Shown here piece by piece: positions 27,506-37,933 of a stretch of 64,000 bases of DNA. Below the pieces are notes generated by a model, which did no database searches, was not told the DNA's origin, and saw only the letters and a program-made list of their open reading frames with translations. A program made the translations under genes and the position numbers. Origin of the DNA: an uncultured Bacilli bacterium (GTDB lineage Bacteria > Bacillota_I > Bacilli_A > RF39 > UBA660); the NCBI GenBank assembly GCA_947581835.1, contig CANPVV010000001.1, positions 9,685 through 73,684 on the forward strand. The letters are read 5' to 3'. Position 1 is the stretch's first letter. The number at the start of each line of letters is the position of its first letter.

Positions 27506-30007
27506 TTATATTTTAAAATCATCTAAAAAGTCTTCCATCGATAAAGCCTTTATCTCTCCTTCTTTTTCCTTTATAACTTTATCTTTTTCTTCACTATCTT
27601 TATCACTTTTTAAATTAAACTTTTCCATCATTGCAACTAAACTAGCTAAATCTAATTTATATTTACTAATATTTGAACCAGTTGATGCTAAATCCATAAT
27701 AGCTATATCACTATTTTTAATTATATTTATTTCATTATCTGCTTTAGTTAAAACCAAATCTTTACTATTACTTACAAAAGCTCTTAAAACTTGATAAGTA
27801 ACTGTTTTAGTTTTCTTTAAAAGTAAACTTCCTTTTTTAGCTCGACTATGAATATCTAATTCACTAATTTTTATTCTTTTAGCTGTTTTATTATTAGTAA
27901 ATACTGTTAAATATTCACTTGCCTCATTATAACTATCCATACTAACTAATTCGTCATCTTTTAAACTAATGCCTTTAACTCCTCCTGCTTTTGCACCCAC
28001 GATTGGTAATTCTTCACTTTTATAATTTAAATAATAACCATTTGCACTAACCATTAAAACATTGCCTAAATCTTTAGTAACTTGTACTAACTCATCATTT
28101 TCTTTTAATTTCATACCCACGATTGGTTTAGTGCATCTACTAACTTCATAATCTTTCATTAAAGTTCTCTTAGCCATTCCTGCTTTAGTTGCTAATATTA
28201 AAGTCTCATGAGGATTATACATTAAAGAGGCAATAACTTTTTCATTCGTATTAAGCATAATTATATTACTTACATGTTTACCTAAATCTTTCCACTTAAC
28301 ATCTGGAATCTTATAAACTGGAATAAATAAATAATTACCAAAATTCGTAAATATAACTATTGTATCTAAGGTATTACACTCATATAAACTGGTAATAAAA
28401 TCTCCTGGTTTTAAAGTAGTATCTTCATTTGATGCCGCATAACTCTTAGCACTTACTCTTTTTATATAACCCTCATTAGTTACAACTACTACCACATTTT
28501 CTTTAGGTATCATTTCTTTCATATCTAATTTTATTTCTTGAGCTACTTCTAAAATCTCTGTTTTTCTTGGAGTTGCATACTCTTTCTTAATCATTCTAAG
28601 TTCTTTTTTCATCACATATTTTAAAGCTTCTTCATCACTTAATATCGCTTTTAATCCCTCAATCAGTTTTTTTAACTTCTCCATTTCTTCTTCAAGTTCC
28701 ACAACGTCTGTATTAGTAAGTCTATATAACTGTAACATTACAATTGCTTTTGCTTGTTCCATTGTAAAATCAAATTCTTTTACTAAATTAGCTTCGGCAT
28801 CACTCTTATTTTTACTTGCTCTAATAACCCTTATAACTTCATCTAATATTGATAAACATTTAATTAAACCCAAAACTATATGTTCTCTGGCCTCATATGT
28901 TGCTAAATCAAACTTACTTCTTAAAGTTATAACTTCCTTTTGATGAGCAATGTAAGCATCAAGTATTTCTAATATTCCTAAAGTTTTAGGTACTCGATTA
29001 ACTATTGCCACCATATTATAATTATAAGATATTTGTAAATCTGTATTTTTAAATAAATAATTAAGTATTAAATCACTATTAGCTCCTGCCTTTAAATCAA
29101 TTACAATTCTAAGTCCTTCTCTATCTGATTCATCTCTAACTTCAGCCATACCATCTATTTTTTTATCAATTCTAATCGCATCAATTCGGTTAACTAATAA
29201 AGCTTTATTAACGTCAAAAGGAATTTCAGAAATAACTATTTTTTCTTTACCCTTTTCTTTTACTATTTCATATTTAGATTTAACAATAACTCTACCCTTA
29301 CCTGTTTTAAAAGCTTCTCTAATTCCTTCAATTCCACAAGCTATACCTCCCGTTGGAAAATCTGGACCTTTAACAATTTCTAAAATTGTATCTAACTTAC
29401 AATTAGGCACTTCTATTCTTTTAACAGTCGCATCTATTATTTCTCCTAAATTATGAGGTGGTATATTGGTGGCATATCCAGCACTTATTCCCATTGTTCC
29501 ATTAACAAGTAAATTTGGAAACTTGGCGGGTAGTACTGTTGGTTCTAACAATCTATCATCAAAATTAGGGGCAAATTTTACAGTATTCTTATCTAAATCT
29601 CCCAATAATTCTTCACTAATTTTAGATAAACGTGCTTCTGTATAACGATAAGCTGCCGCTGGGTCTCCATCCATTGACCCATTATTACCTTTCATATCTA
29701 CTAAAATTGTACTTTGTTTCCACCACTGGCTCATTCTAACCATCGCATCATACACCGAAGAATCTCCATGAGGATGATATTTACCTAAAACGTCTCCAAC
29801 AGTCGCAGCACTCTTAATATACTTTTTATCATACGTATTTCCTGCTTTATACATAGCAAATAAAATTCTTCTTTGTACTGGTTTAAGCCCATCTCTAACG
29901 TCAGGAATAGCTCTATCTTGAATAATTTCTTTCGCATAAGAACCAAATCTTAAACCCATTATTTCTTCTAAAGCATAATCTTCTATTTTCTTTAATATTT
30001 CTTGCAT
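27506..30007 (-). CDS. parC: DNA topoisomerase IV subunit A
   Basis: [52 protein letters not shown] and [14 protein letters not shown] are ParC-type motifs; GyrA has PVHRR and GIAVGMAT. I see no GyrA-box (QRRGGKG). Confidence 0.8.
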   Translation of the reverse strand: MQEILKKIEDYALEEIMGLRFGSYAKEIIQDRAIPDVRDGLKPVQRRILFAMYKAGNTYDKKYIKSAATVGDVLGKYHPHGDSSVYDAMVRMSQWWKQSTILVDMKGNNGSMDGDPAAAYRYTEARLSKISEELLGDLDKNTVKFAPNFDDRLLEPTVLPAKFPNLLVNGTMGISAGYATNIPPHNLGEIIDATVKRIEVPNCKLDTILEIVKGPDFPTGGIACGIEGIREAFKTGKGRVIVKSKYEIVKEKGKEKIVISEIPFDVNKALLVNRIDAIRIDKKIDGMAEVRDESDREGLRIVIDLKAGANSDLILNYLFKNTDLQISYNYNMVAIVNRVPKTLGILEILDAYIAHQKEVITLRSKFDLATYEAREHIVLGLIKCLSILDEVIRVIRASKNKSDAEANLVKEFDFTMEQAKAIVMLQLYRLTNTDVVELEEEMEKLKKLIEGLKAILSDEEALKYVMKKELRMIKKEYATPRKTEILEVAQEIKLDMKEMIPKENVVVVVTNEGYIKRVSAKSYAASNEDTTLKPGDFITSLYECNTLDTIVIFTNFGNYLFIPVYKIPDVKWKDLGKHVSNIIMLNTNEKVIASLMYNPHETLILATKAGMAKRTLMKDYEVSRCTKPIVGMKLKENDELVQVTKDLGNVLMVSANGYYLNYKSEELPIVGAKAGGVKGISLKDDELVSMDSYNEASEYLTVFTNNKTAKRIKISELDIHSRAKKGSLLLKKTKTVTYQVLRAFVSNSKDLVLTKADNEINIIKNSDIAIMDLASTGSNISKYKLDLASLVAMMEKFNLKSDKDSEEKDKVIKEKEGEIKALSMEDFLDDFKI

Positions 30008-30035
30008 ATCAATTCACCTAATTCTAATATTAAAA

Positions 30036-31946
30036 TTATCCTACTTGATAATCATCTTCCATTGTAAATATAATATTTTCCTCTATCCATTCCTTACGTG
30101 GTTCAACTTTATCTCCCATTAAAACTGAAACTCTTTTCTCCGCTAAAGCTGCATCATATATATTTACTCTAATTAAACTTCTAGTATCAGGATTCATTGT
30201 AGTATCCCAAAGTTCCTCAGCATTCATCTCCCCTAAACCTTTATTCCGTGATATATCTGGCTTTCCAGCATTATCATTAACAATTTGAAATCTCTCTTCA
30301 TCAGAATATGCATAAAAATGTTTTTTACCATAATCAATTTTATATAAAGGTGGTTTAGCAATATAAAGTTTTCCCGCCTCAATTAAAGGTCGCATAAACC
30401 GATAAAAGAAAGTTAATAATAAAATTTGAATATGTGAACCATCAACATCGGCATCAGTCATAATTATAACTTTATCATAATTAGAATCTTTGGCCTCAAA
30501 CTCAGGACCAACTCCCGCTCCAATTGTATGTATAATAGTATTTATCTCTTCATTTTTAAGTATATCTGCAACATTTGCTTTCTCGGAATTAATAACTTTA
30601 CCTCTTAATGGTAATATAGCTTGAAATCTTCTATTTCTACCCCCCTTTGCTGAACCTCCAGCCGAATCTCCCTCGACTAAAAAAAGTTCATTAATCTTTG
30701 GATTTTTTGTTGATGCTGGAGCAAATTTTCCAGATAAATTTTTTTCTAACTTAGCTTTTCCTTTTCCATTTCTTGCTTCTTCTCTAGCTTTTCTAGCCGC
30801 TTCTCTAGCAAGTTTACTTTTACTTGCTTTATCTATTATATTTAAAGCAATTTCTTTATTCTCTTCTAAGAAAAACTTTAAATTCTCATAAGTTATAGCT
30901 TCCGTTATACTTCTTGCCTCCGGTGTTCCAAGTTTACCTTTAGTCTGTCCTTCAAATTGGAGTAATGCCTCAGGTATCTTTAAATTAATAACTGCACTTA
31001 AACCTTCTCTAACGTCTGTTCCTTCAAAAGTTGCATCTTTCCCCTTTAAAATATTATTATTTTTAACATAATCATTAAAAGCTTTAGTAATACCTGTTTT
31101 AAATCCTACTTCATGCGTTCCTCCATCAATAGTTTTAACATTATTTACAAATGATAAAATATTTTCATTATAAGTATCTGTATACTGCATCGCCACGTCA
31201 ACTTCAATATTTCCTTTAGTTGATGCAAAATTAATAACTTTATGTAAAGCCTCTTTATCTTCATTAATATATTCTACAAAATTAACTAACCCATTCTCAT
31301 AATGATATTTAACTTGTCTATTATTATCTTCATCAATAACCTCAATTGTTACACTAGGAATTAAAAAAGCACTTTCCTGCATTCTCTCTGTAATAGTTGT
31401 ATAAGAAAAAGCACAATTTTTAAATACATCATAATCTGGTAAAAAGGTTACAATCGTACCTGTTTTATTCGTAGTACCAATCTTTTTTAAAGGACTTTCT
31501 ACTTTTCCTCCATCACAAAACCGAATATTACTAATTTCTCCATCACGGTAAATTATAACGTCCATTTTCTTTGATAAAGCATTAACAACCGAACCACCTA
31601 CCCCGTGTAATCCTCCACTTACTTTATAATTTCCTTCTTCAAACTTTCCTCCTGCATGCAAAACTGTATAAATAACCTCTGGGGTAGTTTTCCCAGATTC
31701 ATGCATACCAGTTGGAACTCCTCGTCCATTATCCGCGATAGTTATTGACCCATCTTTATGCATCACTATTTTTATATAATTACCATGTCCATTAATAATC
31801 TCATCAATTGAATTATCAACAATTTCCCAAACTAAATGATGAAGACCTCTTTTATCAGTTGAACCAATATACATACCTGGTCTTTTTCTAACTGCTTCTA
31901 ATCCTTCTAAGATTTTTATTGATGATGCATCATATTTATCTTTCAT
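30036..31946 (-). CDS. parE: DNA topoisomerase IV subunit B
   Basis: GHKL ATPase motifs, EGDSAGG and PLRGKVIN. The assignment as ParE follows from its pairing with the ParC-type subunit. Confidence 0.75.
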   Translation of the reverse strand: MKDKYDASSIKILEGLEAVRKRPGMYIGSTDKRGLHHLVWEIVDNSIDEIINGHGNYIKIVMHKDGSITIADNGRGVPTGMHESGKTTPEVIYTVLHAGGKFEEGNYKVSGGLHGVGGSVVNALSKKMDVIIYRDGEISNIRFCDGGKVESPLKKIGTTNKTGTIVTFLPDYDVFKNCAFSYTTITERMQESAFLIPSVTIEVIDEDNNRQVKYHYENGLVNFVEYINEDKEALHKVINFASTKGNIEVDVAMQYTDTYNENILSFVNNVKTIDGGTHEVGFKTGITKAFNDYVKNNNILKGKDATFEGTDVREGLSAVINLKIPEALLQFEGQTKGKLGTPEARSITEAITYENLKFFLEENKEIALNIIDKASKSKLAREAARKAREEARNGKGKAKLEKNLSGKFAPASTKNPKINELFLVEGDSAGGSAKGGRNRRFQAILPLRGKVINSEKANVADILKNEEINTIIHTIGAGVGPEFEAKDSNYDKVIIMTDADVDGSHIQILLLTFFYRFMRPLIEAGKLYIAKPPLYKIDYGKKHFYAYSDEERFQIVNDNAGKPDISRNKGLGEMNAEELWDTTMNPDTRSLIRVNIYDAALAEKRVSVLMGDKVEPRKEWIEENIIFTMEDDYQVG

Positions 31947-32014
31947 CTTTATTATTCACCCTATCATTCATTATACCAAAATCCTTAAAAAATGTAAAAT
32001 AACTTAACATTATT

Positions 32015-33373
32015 TTACATTTTAGTTTTTGGATATATCACTTCTAATTTTTTATTATCATCTATTTTTTTCTTTAAACTTAACACCAGTGGCTTAAATT
32101 TCTCTTCTTCTTCCCCACTAAGTAAAGCACTCTTTTCCCCCTTAATCAAATAAGTTCCATACAAAGTACATAAATCTATATATTGATTATCTTTATATAC
32201 TTGAAAAACCTTTATTCTTTCTTCTTCAGAAAAATCATAATTTTCTAATATCTGTCTAACATATCTTGAGCCCTTAAGTAAAAATCCATATATTTCTTCT
32301 TTACTTAACTTATAACTACAAGTATAAGCCAAAAATAAAATTTTATCCATAACATTTTGATCAAAAAGATTATAATGATCTGAAATATACTGCTTAAATT
32401 TCTGTTTTTCTAATTTAGACTTACCCATCAATATTCTTGTTGTAATATAATTAATATATGATTTATCAAACGCATTAAACAAAACTGGTAAATTATCATA
32501 ATCTAACATTATTTTATCTAAGATCTGATAATTATAAGAACATAAACTATTAGAAACCCAAACTATTAAAGCCTCTTTATTATTAGCATCTTCAATTTTT
32601 TTAGCAATATAATTTAAATCTTCTTTAGTAAAAAAATCATTATTATTTAAATCATTAAATATACTTTGAAGAAACTCTACTATATCACTTTTAGAATTTT
32701 TATTCGCATCATTAAGCCCCATCTCTCTTGACTTAGCAACAACTATATCTGAGATAGCCTCTAAAATATCCTCTTTAGATGCAAATCCTCTGCAATTTGT
32801 TAAAACTTTAATTACCTCATGATTATGATTACTATAATTTAATAAATAAGTTTTAATATCTTCAAAAGAATAATAATCAGTTATATCTGCATTTAAATAA
32901 TCTTGTAAATAATACCAATAATCTTTACTTTCCAAAATTAAATCTATACTCTCAACTTGAAGTAATTTATAAGCAACCGTTGATGCATTAGATGCCATAA
33001 CATAATCTCTTACTAAATCTTTTAAAGCATCTATATTAGAAATATTATTTATAATTTCATTAATAAAAGCCTCATCACCAAAAGAACTTAAATAAGCATC
33101 AATTAAATCTACTCGTCCTTTATCACTCATAGTCTTAAAAAACTTACTTGGCCTAATTAACTCCGCATAAAATTCTCCCGTAGTTTTACTATCATCTAAA
33201 TAATTTAAAAAAGCAAAATTATTATCTCTTTCTTGATATTCATGATCTAAATATTTTCTAATAAATCTCACTGTTTGACTATAAGACTTATTCTCAAAAT
33301 ACCCTTCATGTTTAGCTAAAAAACTATCTACCCCTTCAATTCCTTTAAACTTTAATATTAAACTTGCTATCAT
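32015..33373 (-). CDS. Hypothetical protein (452 aa)
   Basis: Long ORF with coding-like composition and no recognisable motif. Confidence 0.6.
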   Translation of the reverse strand: MIASLILKFKGIEGVDSFLAKHEGYFENKSYSQTVRFIRKYLDHEYQERDNNFAFLNYLDDSKTTGEFYAELIRPSKFFKTMSDKGRVDLIDAYLSSFGDEAFINEIINNISNIDALKDLVRDYVMASNASTVAYKLLQVESIDLILESKDYWYYLQDYLNADITDYYSFEDIKTYLLNYSNHNHEVIKVLTNCRGFASKEDILEAISDIVVAKSREMGLNDANKNSKSDIVEFLQSIFNDLNNNDFFTKEDLNYIAKKIEDANNKEALIVWVSNSLCSYNYQILDKIMLDYDNLPVLFNAFDKSYINYITTRILMGKSKLEKQKFKQYISDHYNLFDQNVMDKILFLAYTCSYKLSKEEIYGFLLKGSRYVRQILENYDFSEEERIKVFQVYKDNQYIDLCTLYGTYLIKGEKSALLSGEEEEKFKPLVLSLKKKIDDNKKLEVIYPKTKM

Positions 33374-33477
33374 AATAATAACCTTTCTTCTTTAATTCTA
33401 TCACTTTACTTAAAATCGTGCAAGAACTTCTTGAAATTATAATAAATTTTATATATAATAATATCGAGGTAATTTTT

Positions 33478-34065
33478 ATGGAAAAAATTAAAAAAAATAT
33501 TGTTCCAATTACACTTGGAATACTTTTAATCTTAACTGTTGTTGCTAGTGCTTTATACTACAATAACCAAAAAAATCGTGATTTTAAAGAACCAACTGAA
33601 ACTAACACCGAGGCTCAAAGCGAATATGATAAACAAAAAGAACTGTTAACTACTGTTGATAAAGACGATGCTAACAATGCTAAAAATATTGTTACTGTCT
33701 ATCTTCTTCATGCTAGTTACTGTCCTCATTGTAAAAAAGCTCATACTTGGCTTCAAGATTTAGTAAATGATTATGATTATCTATCTGTTAAAGCTTATGA
33801 AATATCTGATGATGATAGTAAAGATAATCGTAAATTATATCAAGCCGTAGGTAAATATTTTAATGATGACGTTAGATATATACCTTACATTATTGTTGGT
33901 GATATCTATCATGATACTGGTTTTGGTACTTCTAAACAAGAATTAATTAAACTAGCCATTGAAAAATCTCATACTAGTACTAAATATCATGACGTTGTTT
34001 CTGAGGTAATTGCTACTAATAAAGATTTAGATTTAAATGAAGAGGCAATTGAAAGAGCTGAATAG
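33478..34065 (+). CDS. Membrane-anchored thioredoxin-fold protein (CPHC motif)
   Basis: The preferred start is ATG 33478 (MEKIKKNIVPITLG), preceded by a GAGGT RBS. It has a TM anchor, and YLLHASYCPHCKKAHTWL is a CxxC thiol-disulfide oxidoreductase motif. Confidence 0.7.
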   Translation: MEKIKKNIVPITLGILLILTVVASALYYNNQKNRDFKEPTETNTEAQSEYDKQKELLTTVDKDDANNAKNIVTVYLLHASYCPHCKKAHTWLQDLVNDYDYLSVKAYEISDDDSKDNRKLYQAVGKYFNDDVRYIPYIIVGDIYHDTGFGTSKQELIKLAIEKSHTSTKYHDVVSEVIATNKDLDLNEEAIERAE

Positions 34066-34072
34066 CTCTTTT

Positions 34073-34960
34073 TTAATGTCTTTTATTAACGCTTATAAGT
34101 TCCATATCTTCTGTAAGTTGTTTAATTCTCTCAATTATTCTTTTAGCTTTTAACTTATCAACATTATTTTTAGTTGTAGCTAAATGATTTTCTAATTCTT
34201 CAATAGTTAAATTCGAAGTAAAAAAAGTAGTTAATTCATTATTCATTCTATTTTGAAGAATTGTTCCTAAAACTTCATCACGTCCCCAATCACTTACTGT
34301 CTCTGCTCCAATATCATCTAATAAAAGAATTGGAACTGTACTATATAAATTAATCTTTTCATTGTAAGTATCCCAGTCATCTTTTAAAGTTCTAAGTACT
34401 TCTGGAAAATATAAAGCTACATAATCTACCCTTTTATTTTTCTTAAGTTCATTTAATAAAGCATAAATTAAATAAGTTTTCCCAGCCCCAAAAGAACCAT
34501 GCAAATATAATCCTTTCATACCGGTTATACCATCATATTTATCAAAAAAATTCTTTAACCATTTAATAACTAAAACTCTTTTTTTATCATCTACAATAAT
34601 ATCTTTAAAATATGCATTAGCAAGTTCTTTAGCATTTGTTTTTCTATTCTCCATCAATTTTTCTTGTTCTATCTTATACTTACAAGCTTTATAACCTATA
34701 TCAACATTATTATCTACAACTTTTGGATACATTGTATAACCCATAACTTTATTGGCACATAAAAATAATCCTTTACAATTTGTACAATGCTCTAATTCCA
34801 AAGCTGAATCCATTATTCTTGAATTATTAACCATCCCAACTTCTGGCTTAATCTTTAACTTAACCACTAATTCCCGAAATATAGGATTTTCTAAACTATT
34901 TTTATATTCCTTTTTTAAATCTATATCTATTTTTTCTTTTAAATTTTTAACTGCTTGCAT
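34073..34960 (-). CDS. dnaI: Primosomal helicase loader DnaI
   Basis: N-terminal Cys-rich Zn module (CTNCKGLFLC), AAA+ Walker A GSFGAGKTYL and Walker B LLLDDIG. It lies directly downstream of dnaB. Confidence 0.85.
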   Translation of the reverse strand: MQAVKNLKEKIDIDLKKEYKNSLENPIFRELVVKLKIKPEVGMVNNSRIMDSALELEHCTNCKGLFLCANKVMGYTMYPKVVDNNVDIGYKACKYKIEQEKLMENRKTNAKELANAYFKDIIVDDKKRVLVIKWLKNFFDKYDGITGMKGLYLHGSFGAGKTYLIYALLNELKKNKRVDYVALYFPEVLRTLKDDWDTYNEKINLYSTVPILLLDDIGAETVSDWGRDEVLGTILQNRMNNELTTFFTSNLTIEELENHLATTKNNVDKLKAKRIIERIKQLTEDMELISVNKRH

Positions 34961-34969
34961 TCTAACCTC

Positions 34970-36241
34970 CTACAAATTTTTAAGTAATTCTTCTAACTCT
35001 TTCTTTTCTTCTTCACTTACTTCTTCACTTTCTATTTTTTTATCAAACCAAACTGGCACTTGCCTCTCCTTAACTAAATCTTTCTTCGTCTTATTACCTT
35101 TTTGAAGTTTCTTATGCTCTTTTTCGGCAAATTCCATTGCTTCTCTTGCTGTCTTAAGTCCCGCTCTTTTCCATTGTCCTGCTAAAGTTTCTACATAACT
35201 ACTATTAAGCCGATTATTATTCTTTCTTAAAATATAATCAATTAACACATTAACAACTGCTGGATTTAATTCTAAATCAATAATTAAAGACTCTAATAAC
35301 TTTAAATCTCTAGGTGTCGGTGTCGCTCCTTTATATTTACTCTTTAAAAAATCATATGGACTAGTATTTTCAAAAACAGCAATAATTCTCCCTCTTTTAG
35401 AATTATCTCCCATTGGCATCTTAAGATAATCAGGTTGGGTTCTATATACTAAAGTTGGCAAAGTTCCATTATTAAATTGATAATATTTTCTTGTATTTTT
35501 TCTTAAACTTTCTTTATCAATAAACCCTTGTTCATTAATACTTGTTCTAATAAGTTCTACTAATTTTAAATTATCTAAATCATATATAAAACTTAAATTA
35601 ACAATTAATTCTCTAACCTTTTTATTAAATGCCTTAGGATTGATTATTCCTTTTGGAATACTACTAATTAAAAAATCAAAATCAATTTCACTAGTAATAT
35701 TAAGAGGTAAAGTCTCTCTTGCTCTAGCCTCTACTACTGGCATACTTGTTGCCTCAAATGTCTCATTAAGGGACTGAGTAATATCTACAAATTCTTTTAA
35801 ATCAAGATTAATTTTCCGATACATTTTTTTTAAATCATTATATTCTTTCTCCCCTATATTATTATATAAAACAATATTTAAAATCGGATTATTAAAAAAT
35901 TCTAAAGCACTCAAAGGCGAATAAAGCTCATAAACATATGAATTAATATCTCCCTCTTTTACATAAGTTTTCATTAATCCTACTGCTTCTAAAGCATTTC
36001 TTGCGTGTTTAATTGTCTCTAAATCACACTTTAAAATACTCATTAAATGATGATGATTAAAATCTTTACTAATTAGCTCTAATCTATCTAAATCACTCCA
36101 TAAAGTAAGATATAAACTAACTGCCCCAAACCCAATAATAGGTTCATATAAATTAATTAAGTTTTTCTTATCTATTTCTGTTAGGATACTTTTATTAACT
36201 ACTAAATATTGGTCTGCTGGTAAAAGAGTAATTAATTTCAT
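34970..36241 (-). CDS. dnaB: Replication initiation and membrane attachment protein DnaB (DnaD-like domains)
   Basis: The C-terminal LNSSYVETLAGQWKRAGLKTAREAMEFAE is the DnaB_2/DnaD C-terminal signature. Synteny with dnaI supports the call. Confidence 0.8.
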   Translation of the reverse strand: MKLITLLPADQYLVVNKSILTEIDKKNLINLYEPIIGFGAVSLYLTLWSDLDRLELISKDFNHHHLMSILKCDLETIKHARNALEAVGLMKTYVKEGDINSYVYELYSPLSALEFFNNPILNIVLYNNIGEKEYNDLKKMYRKINLDLKEFVDITQSLNETFEATSMPVVEARARETLPLNITSEIDFDFLISSIPKGIINPKAFNKKVRELIVNLSFIYDLDNLKLVELIRTSINEQGFIDKESLRKNTRKYYQFNNGTLPTLVYRTQPDYLKMPMGDNSKRGRIIAVFENTSPYDFLKSKYKGATPTPRDLKLLESLIIDLELNPAVVNVLIDYILRKNNNRLNSSYVETLAGQWKRAGLKTAREAMEFAEKEHKKLQKGNKTKKDLVKERQVPVWFDKKIESEEVSEEEKKELEELLKNL

Positions 36242-36353
36242 AGTATCCCTCCTAATATGTACTAATATTATAAAATATATTTTTATTTAAAACAATAAGA
36301 TAACTTTAAGTTTATACCATAAAAAATAGAAAACTCCAAATAAAGAATTTTCT

Positions 36354-36449
36354 AACATTTACCTTCGGAATCATTTATCACCCGCGCCATCCGTAAGCGA
36401 GAACATTTACCTTCGGAATCATTTATCACCCGCACCATCCGTAAGCGAG
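36354..36449. repeat. Tandem direct repeat, 2 x 48 bp (47/48 identical), GC-rich relative to its surroundings
   Basis: The unit is AACATTTACCTTCGGAATCATTTATCACCCGC(G/A)CCATCCGTAAGCGAG, at 36354-36401 and 36402-36449. It lies between the metK stop and the dnaB start. Confidence 0.9.
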
Positions 36450-36477
36450 TCTTTTACAAATTAATATTACAATATTT

Positions 36478-37617
36478 TTAACTAGTTGTCAAATACTTTT
36501 TAATTATTTCAACCTTATCTAATTTCTCCCATGTTAAATTATCTTTCCCAAAATGCGAATATAAAGTAGTATCAGTATATCTAACATTTTTTAAATCTAA
36601 TTCTTTAATAATATTTTGACAACTAAAATCAAATACTTTATTTACTATCTCTAATATTTTATCTTCCTCTAATTTTCCCGTACCCATTGTATCAATCTGA
36701 ACCATAAGAGGCTTCGTAACTCCAATCGCATAAGCAACACTTATTAAACATTTACTTGCAAGCCCACTTGCAACAATATTTTTAGCTACATATCTAGCAT
36801 AATAAGCTCCACTTCTATCAACCTTTGTATAATCCTTTCCACTAAAAGCTCCTCCTCCATGAGCTACTATTCCCCCATAAGTATCAACTTCTACTTTTCT
36901 TCCCGTTAAACCTGAATCTGAAGCAGGCCCTCCAATTACAAACCTACCTGTAGGATTTATCAATATTTTTACCTCATCATCAAGCATTTCTGGTGGTATA
37001 ACTTTTAAAATAACCTCTTTTTTTATTTCTTCTCTTAATTTTTCTAAGTCTTTATCATCATCATGGCAACATGAGACAACGACTGCTTTAACCTTTCTTT
37101 TATCGCCATCTTCCTCTAAAGTAACCTGAACTTTTCCATCTACTCTTAATCCCTTAACAATCTTTTTTACTCGCACTATCTCCAGTCTCTTAGCCAAACT
37201 ACAACTTAAATTATGAACTAAAGGCATATAATTTTTACTCTCATCTGTTGCATACCCATACATAATTCCCTGGTCTCCTGCCCCTACTTCTTTTTTATTT
37301 ACTACTCTTGCTATATCTAAAGACTGTTTATTTATATCAACAATAATCTCTACTGTATCTCCATTAAATAACAATGCATCTTTATCATAACCAATTTCTT
37401 TAATAGTTTTTCTAACTATACTTTGAATATCAACTTCACCCTTACTTGTAATTTCTCCCATTACCAATACTTTATTTTTACTAATAGCAACCTCACAAGC
37501 GCATCTCGCATTTTTATCAATTGCCAAATAAGCATCTAAAATACTATCTGCGATTAAATCTGCCATTTTATCTGGATGTCCTGCCAAAACTGCCTCTGTT
37601 GTAAATAATTTTTTCAT
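36478..37617 (-). CDS. metK: S-adenosylmethionine synthase
   Basis: GHPDKMADLIAD, GAGDQGIMYGYA and GGGAFSGKDYTKVDRS. Confidence 0.95.
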   Translation of the reverse strand: MKKLFTTEAVLAGHPDKMADLIADSILDAYLAIDKNARCACEVAISKNKVLVMGEITSKGEVDIQSIVRKTIKEIGYDKDALLFNGDTVEIIVDINKQSLDIARVVNKKEVGAGDQGIMYGYATDESKNYMPLVHNLSCSLAKRLEIVRVKKIVKGLRVDGKVQVTLEEDGDKRKVKAVVVSCCHDDDKDLEKLREEIKKEVILKVIPPEMLDDEVKILINPTGRFVIGGPASDSGLTGRKVEVDTYGGIVAHGGGAFSGKDYTKVDRSGAYYARYVAKNIVASGLASKCLISVAYAIGVTKPLMVQIDTMGTGKLEEDKILEIVNKVFDFSCQNIIKELDLKNVRYTDTTLYSHFGKDNLTWEKLDKVEIIKKYLTTS

Positions 37618-37643
37618 CTAAATTCCTCCTTTTAATTTACCTT

Positions 37644-37790
37644 AAAAAGAAGAAAAACACCTAAAGATAATCTTTAAGTGTCAAACTATCCTCATCTTTC
37701 GGTTACCATAACCGTAGGATTTAGCACCTAATTAAATAGGTTGCTGGACTTCACTGGGCCTATTCCCTCCATCACTCTTAATAAGGTAAA
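37644..37790 (-). ncRNA. SAM-I (S-box) riboswitch with a terminator, leader of metK
   Basis: The minus strand reads CTTATTAAGAGTGATGGAGGGAATAGGCCCAGTGAAGTCCAGCAACC...GGTGCTAAATCCTACGG...AGATGAGGATAG. This is followed by the hairpin ACACTTAAAGATTATCTTTAGGTGT and a T-run. Confidence 0.9.
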
Positions 37791-37933
37791 TATCTAAAAT
37801 TATTTATAAACTAATTATATCTAATTTCTATCAAATTGTAAACTTCTAATTCTTCATTTTTTAAATTTTATTTATTATCATTTGAAATTCCTTCTTTATA
37901 AAAAACTCCAATAAATCTAACTATATATAACTT

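Noticed and set aside
27506-31946. Calling the type II topoisomerase pair gyrB/gyrA.
   Set aside because: The A subunit has ParC-type motifs ([15 protein letters not shown]) and no GyrA-box. There is also no dnaA/dnaN/recF context. A phylogenetic check is still advisable.
36354-36449. A CRISPR array or minisatellite interpretation of the 48-bp repeat.
   Set aside because: There are only two directly abutting copies with no spacers, and no cas genes are in the window.
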